From contig JACQXK010000009.1 of the NCBI GenBank assembly GCA_016208765.1, positions 118,255-182,254 of the forward strand: a stretch of DNA of 64,000 bases, read 5' to 3'. The translations under genes were made by a program, and so were the position numbers. The notes below the pieces were generated by a model. The model saw nothing but the letters and a program-made list of their open reading frames with translations. It had not been told where the DNA came from and did no database searches. Positions 59,501 to 64,000 of the stretch are shown piece by piece. Numbering within the stretch: the first letter of the stretch is position 1; each line of letters starts with the position of its first letter. Source of the DNA: Candidatus Omnitrophota bacterium (lineage in GTDB: Bacteria; Omnitrophota; Gorgyraeia; Gygaellales; Profunditerraquicolaceae).

Positions 59501-61478
59501 AGAGCCTCATCCGGAAAGGGCAGGTTTTGGCAGAGGCGCAGAGCATCTGGCAGTCAGTCATCCGGGATTATTTAAAAATATCCTTTTCACATTAACAAGC
59601 GACGGACCGTTGGAAATGCCGAATTATGACCCTGACCGCTCATTTGTCGCGGTGGTCCCAGAAACATTAAAAAACCGCCAGCCCTATGCTTCGATATTGG
59701 AAACTCTTAGCAATATTGCCGGAAGAAAAGGCCGCGTCTTGGAAACAACAGAAGTTGGATTGGGGATGGGGGATTTTGCCCATTTCCCTGCCTCTGCAAA
59801 GGCTGAGATGCATATCCGGTCTCCTTACGAAGGTAACCACAGCAACGAGAGAGTGAAAATTGCAAACTTAATCGATCATATTGACTTATGGATAGCGATA
59901 TTATCGAGATTTGCTTGCGACATTCAGGATACCAAGACATCCGGCATAGCAAGAAAAACATCAGGAAATGAACCGGTAAGGGTACTTCGTGAATTTATTG
60001 TAAGTGAAGATAGCAGCCTTGTCTTGGCTGATGGCGCTAAACCGGGATTATACGAAATAACCGGAATCTTATCTGCTAAGCTGGATAAAGCAATAGCCGA
60101 GATTATGATAAGTCCTTTAGGATACAAACGCGGTCATGCGATTAAAAAAATCACTGTTGTTCAGGGCAATAACCGTTTAGCTGAGGCAGATACCATTAAC
60201 GGAAATATCATCTTGGATATCGATGCTTTTGAATCCGATAATTTATTAGCCTTAGAAATGGAACATGAGTTTTTGCATATTAAATTAGATAAAGAAAAGC
60301 AGATTCCGGAAGCCATAGAAGAAATTTCTGCTCTTCTTTTTGAGACAGTGCATTTTCTGTCGTTGGATCAGGCTAGGAGGCAGGAAATTATTGATGTAAT
60401 GGAAGCTGATAATGATATTGATGAACAGGGGTTTGTCAAAATACTTGAGAAGTTTGACATCAGCACTTTAGATCTCCAAATTTTAGTAGAAGACCTAATT
60501 AGTTATGTTAGAGATAGCGGTGTCTATCCAGCCCGGATAGCAAGTTACTTAGAAGGTAAAACAGCTAATCAAATACAAAATGAATTATATTATTCCATAA
60601 AGAACTATCCCGAGGATTTATTTATTGTAATGATAGACAGGCTGATTAGCATTGGCAAATCAGCCCGGGGTTTAATGGAAAATATTCTTCTGTTTCATAA
60701 TAGTATTGGTTTAGAAAAATATCCGGATATTATGGGCAAAAAATTAGTTATGTCTGATCCTTTTGCCAAAGTATTTTATGGTTTAGGCCAAGACGAAAGC
60801 TTAATCTTATCTCCGCAAGCCTTGTCAGTCTTAAATACTTTGATTTTAGATTATAACGGATTGACTTTGGATATCGATATAGATACTTTAATTGATGTTT
60901 CTACCGGTATGCCTAAATTAAAAGGCCTTGGTTTTAAAGAGGCGCTTGCTTCTTTATATCAGGCACAGGAGAAGAAAGAAATTCCTGCTAATTTACATGT
61001 CAGGTTGATTAATCTTAATCCTGATTTAAACAGAGCAAAAATCATTAAAACTTTAGGCTTAAGCGATGCTTTACTAAAAGGAATGGTGGAGATTCCGGAT
61101 ATTTCTCAGGATTATTTAACCAAAGGCCTTGAGATATATCTTGTTCCTGGATCCATCAGGATTGTCTATGAAGCTAATGCCAAATACTGGGGCGAAAAAA
61201 TAGACGTACTGGTGCAAAAGGGCAAAGAAACCGAAATTCTCTCCAGTCTCGGTTTAATCGTTGCCGCTCTTTCCAAGGAGCCGAAATTCTATCAAAGCCT
61301 TCCGCAGGAATTGAAAGAATATATATCCGCTTCAACCGATGATAAAGGAAATATTGTCTTAGACGACCAGAATAAGATTAAGCAGTTGATCTTTAAGCCG
61401 ATTGAGAGGACAAAGGTAGATACGCAGTATTTAGACCGTCTGGATAAAGCGAATAAAGAATTGGAAGGTATGGTATAA
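47586..61478 (+). CDS. Giant multidomain surface/membrane protein (4630 aa)
   Basis: Single uninterrupted 13,893-nt ORF with AAAGGAG RBS. Contains N-terminal TM helix, several internal TM clusters, TPR repeats (~51190-51610), six tandem ~100-aa repeats (~52250-53900), a duplicated GDCT...DPGFLxFK...GxWxGNxY domain (~54930-55270 and ~56440-56780), a LysM-like domain (~57200-57460), ~500 aa of Q/E/K-rich coiled coil (~57540-58990), and an M20/M28-like metallopeptidase region (HMDTVTH, GADDKAG, TAEEEPH; ~59200-59900). Confidence 0.8.
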   Translation: MLDWQKNNKLRAFIRTICVVLIITFLSYDLSWAGATEVFSPKNWCAAAKPKDFTSIEIPQELGVIKESYISKSNPHKLIIHIQDAHANVEAQENEAKLISYLKDKYSANLVSVEGGFGDFDAKFFREFPKDKKVRNKIARYFLSKSFISGTDYLLITDNSPPAVYGAEDKDLYSTHLAVFKDNQEIVSALNRSLGLLDNAVEALKDKFYSRDLRELDKKTSDFREGRLALEDYLSYLNIASIVNNLDLAGFPSLYRLITSGELERKINFDKAEAERQALIETLARTLERNELEELIKASLDFKSSKLSPADYYTYLEGLAKKSGIAAGSYNNLFTYIKYISLSSGLDNSRVFPEIDELAERLKEKLIASSGQKDIDKLCLMTRILKGLAEINLSPKEYEYFKKSRNDFTRKILAGLFGRYLNNSYVKNLPADDQILSLEKFYSLAHDRDKAIVENSLSRSDREYSANSVILVAGGFHTQGITSILKEKDISYLVIAPNLKTAQEKESTYFSLLKDKRIPLQDVLTDPDTLQIINSISDPQARKLLINYWVARASRYYSYEDLNVQLNRLALSDADKTAVNLALNEIPHQENMVVKESPASRGSSPVKTEKDFFRVISFVLSFGWAATAWADFGHVCHKAISGLQDLVTQPVVIISGICAGIGYMVYRIAKKIFNKGPAPMQRQPEAVPLEIMPPEVYAANRPMQNIMPPVPHVISRPAQNNLPAAAGEISEEIRRLGEFISQASSETLSRSFWPAGPFELPLPMPITEFERLPSDREKIVSILENMQRMMDWADETALHDFEKAVDNARDRTTQEALSGFDRLSNTQIHNLATSGYLAELQREFQQVIDNQAQLMIHSYTPSAQEQTLYVSEEMDQRYPRLPRYLKWLLGNNPGLESDPLIRDFLYAVEMRMMRIPPFPEMVREYSREALYKSLYLNPELAKRLILYLSNGVSEGAVFDEARTQELITQELAPAPEALPEPDIKKITAEKSELRSLEEACNQLTAKLNEQEELARKIEADLRELNESLEEARRQNDAIIIDALNPAAAGLSAKLEREKALLLKLQQEKTEYEDRIKKVKKDLGLDEGTTLYSSSPLTMGVVAVFAAMFGIPLYITKKIIGKYFTTTLAKVFGIGAGIATLIPGYYIYYASLKPQIEQVFVNFPEADWARLASFVIIWPISVIIGTLFGKIGEEVIHEALYDRANSAYKKKDFAKAADLINRAIELREKPEYYALLGDCRFEEKRINAAIEAYESASRLGSKNNLAYNSLGVLYAQTGNDAKAIENYKRSLELKPDNAVVLTNLGRVLHRKGQLLEAARALQRAQEIRPDLSVTEELNQILRQAAGTPKPQQPKDLDYIRTKKASLIIDREKSWLNQLNDKDVLGPLMFLGAVIGWVLGGLFLHYVPYGHHWNLGTSADPSWLGIAVWTGEIIGAPLAGVGLTMPIIWISDKITTFIRQVYRYIKFPHDYKIMQKINIKPSDELSDEDLKRAAPLFARLPKDYLEEIFRSWVEAGHDEKIPRLFKFDNWKSSKIQVYSDIGEYKKAIRAAVVKFTNSQAEQSSLTTEIDSQKERLAQKGIENSIRLLKDILPQVAEHSRTRQEFIYWLNLLVDLPVNVWNQGSKRVLDDFTDLREFKQVQEAVLKKFAHNPQEEERINKVIEKLKSKLNEDGFFSPAGILKTALDEVSKVSRDINEFIFWVNELTQFDKNLFSSGFGYSRRQTGDACLPALQNLVVYERTKEEAAKKFCKDDNEIKTLYQAADSLKKLLREQSFAGNFSILKDIILRVAEVSRSLTEYLDYIAVLKTFDKNIWRSTQTVLQALNNHIDYKKARENAAAKFTHNDSNRQRFLSDVDDLRNQLVQKGFPHASDLLKDVLPELTKTCRSSEEFVYWLGELVGLNPSVWHAGAHAVVSSFNDLAGFKQAKEMALDKLCASRQEKEELAKTIDGLKAKLEGKRPGCAGLFKDLILEILKDIDTLSNPSYRKNDFIWWLAMCVNFEPAVWHAGITQVLTGYRELKDYVRERRELSARFAANPEEEKRLSGAWDNLDKAANFARPASINLLKGALDKSAQISANPREFVFWVGTLSELNTEVLDIFCRDIETVFSYYKEKGKSRDFNHLPAALNQYYKTYHQIILITLDLLDILTEPGVDINARVEKASRYIVEQKIVRLGAPPNLIGLKDVVSFDQLLGIVGEGGFGGLLNYHWQEETTSYDDYGGYGESSYYDTNLQPIRLIVPKMGRDGMYSFWEAQQPPYYRQFQEETRGLAPGFRRPGEKFRVAYDDRVLNWSKEDIFQVMPIASDVEALQQLIRYLRMEWPNLYESFIEPKRDLIKDRFLEEFVTPDTVLKMSQQLLGKVQNWKFSDDERTVFLIKIMEIFAFSETADLRTRINNASEDFNKLRLVAEYWEKVLELILKHNWLQEKSKFYKSVAKIIKQRTATINDKLGNGSEGVMQFYLSGGTVADFFRGIVSCDCTKPGGQAFQNTLGTVVDPGFLLFKIIESGQWAGNIYSVIFKTKDGKFALFVDVFQINLGHPLVAQGDTWNKKRERFIAAFFQEFKSYLASQGFDYLIFANTHSSQKIGEYIHRELVKQSGRSSAESLSLKKPGGLAHLGEGALPVEFVQGVGNIAPGFQSVSGYKIALDKNTAQSAQQRKKKLDALTVLLKEAANEESRLSGVLRQAQKEFNQLNARGREAANSGKNSVAEALRKASEQKTLEINKVNYELQGIRQRMQQAQLEAGQIMGALGLPQARQDRTSSAVIGKFLLALPVVGALNLFLARSAQAQEPSFIEEFVRNPIGFFLTFLGGLGILWFIITKLFSEKEETLPYYDRSFPRRPIIEEYRLPEDVSDQLDRVLEKTSPNVASLIPKKIDIRLPHMSGISPNQAVKALRFIFTKLIKHNSILDFLKGQDFYKKFKDRTSELGLAGDFDQAQHSYFFTVKREKDPDVQYELSLSERNADSILSGIASGDCTSINSHAFSNTIPQFMLDPGFLVFKLLQDGKWVGNVYTIVAQKDNKPILIIDAVQLPVLGREWPAPAVELADKIVEKIIEYAQEQGFSAVLMSSFISNFSAVYKHFSLQYPVKAARIEKVGGFEHLKALGLWDDYVLCNEYLETFSPQWNYSSKTRVNPNNPEQTLLLRNIWEKARSLDETKEDPVPASSPIQSVLNKLKIAVLIGIVSLFILAMPHKANAAKFAITGTTPPQVVAVVEKGDTAWKIAGQAYKEVEGLGKGSYSANLQWKRIYEANPQLHHRPNNTLAPMYENGRHYEDDKHIVVNIRPGDRLVIPGQVNYETTGLQAPALQKPAVPEAGVSQPPVNVQQAEQEFSKLKEQTQTAQADLERLQKQRDELNRQIQELQNQLNDAREQSQALQPIEARRKALEDEAKQLEEKRARYAQEIVDLEKQYRDAQDNLAKVISEREKARAELEQLKQQVPQKQAELNRIREENERLEAQRKQIQDNLSRLQNQRGDLQKSIDQLNQERAELQRDLENLRQQIVEAKKILDEAKQKIQPVWKNVWDGLSLPARIGLILLFITGLGAIAAGIILIKRWHKFKELENKINRLREEAEDLDGQLTPLRAEKDDLVKMKEDTLAEKVRVEKEARKVSQQQTQLEADRGILTQESQDLQKQKEEIEKQKQGLAELDKQKQTVKDEITQLETQRDGLNQALAQAQEEVKKVQSQTQTQINALDDQLQEAREKYETSFAEIEEQKSKTQGELQGLLSEKTKAEGELNALAEKTALLAETQGTLLEGLQDLEKQQKATQENIELLRQEEAGLKDRAEKLRKVREIKPEVEGLAARARAISQEVNSLYLGEEGKARGVDAFVSLVQTKSHSGDEHQIREELKGILTSLGGKIILECGTANKQCGLKKNGGIVPQNLVVEFPGTGRFSKEPGFIINAHMDTVTHSTPEQMDVSDSAKGFFHKINGSFGADDKAGLLVQLEALRFMKDNYWDKGYDHRRIVFIITAEEEPHPERAGFGRGAEHLAVSHPGLFKNILFTLTSDGPLEMPNYDPDRSFVAVVPETLKNRQPYASILETLSNIAGRKGRVLETTEVGLGMGDFAHFPASAKAEMHIRSPYEGNHSNERVKIANLIDHIDLWIAILSRFACDIQDTKTSGIARKTSGNEPVRVLREFIVSEDSSLVLADGAKPGLYEITGILSAKLDKAIAEIMISPLGYKRGHAIKKITVVQGNNRLAEADTINGNIILDIDAFESDNLLALEMEHEFLHIKLDKEKQIPEAIEEISALLFETVHFLSLDQARRQEIIDVMEADNDIDEQGFVKILEKFDISTLDLQILVEDLISYVRDSGVYPARIASYLEGKTANQIQNELYYSIKNYPEDLFIVMIDRLISIGKSARGLMENILLFHNSIGLEKYPDIMGKKLVMSDPFAKVFYGLGQDESLILSPQALSVLNTLILDYNGLTLDIDIDTLIDVSTGMPKLKGLGFKEALASLYQAQEKKEIPANLHVRLINLNPDLNRAKIIKTLGLSDALLKGMVEIPDISQDYLTKGLEIYLVPGSIRIVYEANAKYWGEKIDVLVQKGKETEILSSLGLIVAALSKEPKFYQSLPQELKEYISASTDDKGNIVLDDQNKIKQLIFKPIERTKVDTQYLDRLDKANKELEGMV

Positions 61479-62696
61479 ATGCGCAAATTTGTATTTTGTT
61501 TGTATATAATTATTTTCCTTTCGTTGGGTATAGTTTATGCTATGGACTCAGGCGAGGATGATGCCAGCTCAGTTTATCTCTCCTCAATTGCCGTCAGCAG
61601 GACAGACGACGGATTTAATCATCTAAGATTCAAGCTTAAAGCCAGAAAATCAGGATTCTTTGAACCGATTATTGACATAAACAAGTCAGCGCAGAAGTCC
61701 CTGGAGTATTTCTTTATCGGTTTAGCTCTGCCTGATAGTGCCTTTTGGGTAAATCTTAATCCGCATGAGCCGGAAAGATTAATCGATCAGGACTTAGCTG
61801 ATACTGATTTAGGCAGAATAATGCTCAGTGCGGATTTAAGGTTAAAAGAGGATTTTGCGGAGTGCCTTAATCCGCAGACATCTCCAGTCGGCAGAGAATT
61901 CTGGAAGCGGGTTTACGAAAAAGCAAAAGAACTGGGCTATACAGATAAAATCCCTTTTACGAACAAACTCTGGATAATTCCCGATAAAGCCTTGGCAGTT
62001 GAATCCAGTAATCAGCTTTCGCTGGTTAATTGCAGCCTTAAAGTAGGATTTGGGCCCGTAGGCTCTTTACCATTAGATAATTTTATTTTGGGCCTGATGA
62101 AAGAGTTAATCGTTCCTTATATAGAGAAAAGAGTGAATGAATCTTATGCCTATGCGGATTTAAGGGAGGTCTATCATGCCTTAATCCTGAGCCGTTGGTA
62201 CAGGCAGAAATTTGGCGTTTTTCGGGGAAACCTTTGTCAAGCTGTCGGTTTTGAAACTCTTAGCGAAACAAACCAGGATTATCCCATTGAGAAAAATGAG
62301 GTTTATCAGGATTACCTGAATTCTTTTAAGAAGGGCAGGTATTCTTTTACGGAAAGAATACCTGAGTTAGACATGTTCGGAACGATTATCATTACGAGGA
62401 ATTATTTTAGCGGCGGAGTTGATTTTAAACGCATTGATCTTAGTTTAACCGATAAGCAAGGAGAGTCTGCGCAGGGAGAATTAACTTATACCTGCGATTT
62501 ATTTATTCCTGAAGGAATACAACATCCTTTAGCGTATGCAAAAGCAAATTTAGGACTGCTTAAAGGAGATATTTCAGGGATTGTTTTAGCGAAAAATTTA
62601 CCGGCAATCGTTCCGTTAAATCATCCTTCAGAGGATAGTCTGCGGAGTCTCGATTCCTGCGGAAAAATGGAGAGACTGGTTTTAAGCAAGCTTTAA
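61479..62696 (+). CDS. Hypothetical secreted protein (405 aa), translationally coupled to the giant gene
   Basis: Signal peptide MRKFVFCLYIIIFLSLGIVYA; ATG overlaps the giant-gene stop (TAAATG). Confidence 0.4.
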   Translation: MRKFVFCLYIIIFLSLGIVYAMDSGEDDASSVYLSSIAVSRTDDGFNHLRFKLKARKSGFFEPIIDINKSAQKSLEYFFIGLALPDSAFWVNLNPHEPERLIDQDLADTDLGRIMLSADLRLKEDFAECLNPQTSPVGREFWKRVYEKAKELGYTDKIPFTNKLWIIPDKALAVESSNQLSLVNCSLKVGFGPVGSLPLDNFILGLMKELIVPYIEKRVNESYAYADLREVYHALILSRWYRQKFGVFRGNLCQAVGFETLSETNQDYPIEKNEVYQDYLNSFKKGRYSFTERIPELDMFGTIIITRNYFSGGVDFKRIDLSLTDKQGESAQGELTYTCDLFIPEGIQHPLAYAKANLGLLKGDISGIVLAKNLPAIVPLNHPSEDSLRSLDSCGKMERLVLSKL

Positions 62697-62711
62697 AGCC
62701 TGTTAAAAAAT

Positions 62712-62903
62712 ATGAAGATTGATGAAGTGGCCGAATTATCAGGAGTTTCCATTACTACAGTTTCCCGTGTGATTAATAACCAGAAAGTTAACGAAGAAAC
62801 AAAGCTAAGGGTTTTGGCAGTAATCCGCAAACATAATTATAAGCCGAACCCTCATGCCCGGAACTTAGCCCGTAAGAGAAACGGCGAAGAACAAATTTTT
62901 TAA
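62712..62903 (+). CDS. Stand-alone LacI-type HTH domain protein (63 aa)
   Basis: MKIDEVAELSGVSITTVSRVINN matches the LacI/GalR HTH. No ligand-binding domain follows. Confidence 0.45.
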   Translation: MKIDEVAELSGVSITTVSRVINNQKVNEETKLRVLAVIRKHNYKPNPHARNLARKRNGEEQIF

Positions 62904-62941
62904 TTAAATTTTATGATTAGAAAGGGCTCCTCCAGCCTTTT

Positions 62942-64000
62942 CTAAACCGGGTCCAACATCCGGTAATGCCCTGCAGGAGAGAAACTCTTCTTGCAGGGCA
63001 TCTTTTTAGCTGGGAAGATGATAGAGAAGGTGGTTTTTGATCCAGACAGGCTTTCAGCGTAAATCTTACCCTTATGGTTTTCAATAATGCTCTTTACAAT
63101 AGCAAGTCCTAATCCGGAGCCTTTTTCCTTGGTTGTAAAGAATGGTTCAAATATTTTCGGAAGTAGATCCTGCGGAATCCCTGTGCCGGTATCTGAGATA
63201 ATAATCTTTATGCTTCCATTTTCCCTGGAAGTGGATATTTTCAACTCTTTTTCCGTTTCTTTATTATTGTGCATTGCCTGGATGCTGTTTAAGAAAAGGT
63301 TTAGAAAAACCTGCTCTAACTGTTGCGGGTCGCTGATAATCATCCCGCATTCAGGAGAATAATTTTTCTTAACATGTATTCTTTCTTTTGTTATTTCGTT
63401 CTCCAGCAGGCTTAATGTCGCATCAATAATCTCATGAAGATTAGTTTCTCTTAGATGCGCGCTTTTGGGATGCGCATAGAAGATTAACTGTTCAACAATA
63501 TGGTTGATCCGATCTACTTCTGAACCTACGATTCTTTGGAATTTGGCCCGGAATTCCGGGTTATCAAATTTTTTATTCATGTATTCAGTAAAGGTTTTAA
63601 TTGAAGCAAGCGGGTTTTTAATCTCATGGGCAATGCCTCCGGCAAGCCTTCCGATAGAAGCAAACTTTTCTGCTTCAAAAAGCTTATCTTTTGTTTCGGA
63701 GAGCTCTTCATATGCTTGGGCGTTTTCAATGGCCAGCGCAGCTTGGATAGACAAGGTGTTAAAAAGGCTCAGGTCTTCCTGCGTATACATATCTCCGGAA
63801 AGCTTCTCTCCTAAAAGCAGCAGTCCGATTAACCTTCCTTTTAAGAAACTCGGCACGCATAAACTGACATTGAAACGTTCCATTTCTTCGATAATTCTTG
63901 AGGCTTCCTGAGAATAGTTTTGTTTAACCATTAGTTTTAGTTCTTCGCAGACAATAGGGTCTTTGTTTTTAAGAAGATATTTGACCAGGGGATTCTGCCG
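62942..64000 (-). CDS. Sensor histidine kinase (GAF end + HisKA + HATPase_c), N-terminus beyond window
   Basis: HisKA segment AHEIKNPLASIKTFTEY; HATPase_c DTGTGIP ... GSGLGLAIVKSII ... GSKTTFSIIFP. Reading frame stays open upstream of the listed Met to the window end. Confidence 0.7.
   Translation of the reverse strand, partial: RQNPLVKYLLKNKDPIVCEELKLMVKQNYSQEASRIIEEMERFNVSLCVPSFLKGRLIGLLLLGEKLSGDMYTQEDLSLFNTLSIQAALAIENAQAYEELSETKDKLFEAEKFASIGRLAGGIAHEIKNPLASIKTFTEYMNKKFDNPEFRAKFQRIVGSEVDRINHIVEQLIFYAHPKSAHLRETNLHEIIDATLSLLENEITKERIHVKKNYSPECGMIISDPQQLEQVFLNLFLNSIQAMHNNKETEKELKISTSRENGSIKIIISDTGTGIPQDLLPKIFEPFFTTKEKGSGLGLAIVKSIIENHKGKIYAESLSGSKTTFSIIFPAKKMPCKKSFSPAGHYRMLDPV
62966..63008. 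terminator. Hairpin + T-run between convergent genes (possible bidirectional terminator)
   Basis: ATGCCCTGCAGGAG ... TTCTTGCAGGGCAT followed by CTTTTT. Overlaps the last codons of the minus-strand kinase ORF. Confidence 0.3.

Noticed and set aside
48590-60127. About 20 minus-strand and off-frame ORFs of 60-182 aa inside the giant gene
   Set aside because: All are embedded antisense or out of frame within a continuous 13.9-kb ORF with consistent codon usage. They are shadow ORFs.
1-64000. CRISPR arrays, tRNA and rRNA genes
   Set aside because: No regularly spaced short direct repeats, no tRNA-like cloverleaf signatures (GTTCGAATC/ GGTTCAAATCC-type T-arms) and no rRNA-like conserved blocks were seen in any intergenic region.

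Overview
Summary: a low-GC (~38%) bacterial contig with three parts. (1) About 3 kb of housekeeping genes (folC with its 5' end truncated by the window, mnmE, folE), followed by an IS200/IS605-family element and the C-terminal remnant of a disrupted comM gene. (2) From about 4.1 kb to 34 kb, a large conjugative element. Its F-type (MPF_F-like) mating-pair-formation genes (traA/L/E/K/B/V/C ... traU/trbC/traF/traH, plus a VirD4/TraD coupling ATPase and a Replic_Relax-type putative relaxase) are interrupted by a complete type IV pilus-like module (secretin, PilM/N/O/P-like proteins, PilB ATPase, PilC platform, three prepilins). One of these prepilins carries a phage tail-collar domain. The element ends with a SpoVG gene and a four-gene ubiquitin-like conjugation cassette (beta-grasp Ubl, E2-like, ThiF/E1-like, JAB/JAMM peptidase). 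Two 142-bp, 141/142-identical, G-rich inverted repeats bracket the ~27 kb that run from the relaxase gene to the end of the Ubl cassette. (3) The downstream accessory region holds a Xis-like HTH protein; a small lipid/polyketide-type cluster (His-less KS, acyl-ACP reductase Aar homolog, ACP, FabF-like KS, FAD oxidoreductase); a sensor kinase followed by five single-domain receiver proteins and a stray ACP; a 13.9-kb single ORF encoding a 4630-aa multidomain giant protein (TM segments, TPR, six tandem ~100-aa repeats, a duplicated Cys-containing domain, LysM, ~500 aa coiled coil, M20/M28-like peptidase); and a convergent histidine kinase that runs off the window end. No rRNA, tRNA or CRISPR arrays were recognised. 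All functional calls come from motif-level reading of the supplied translations; no searches were run.
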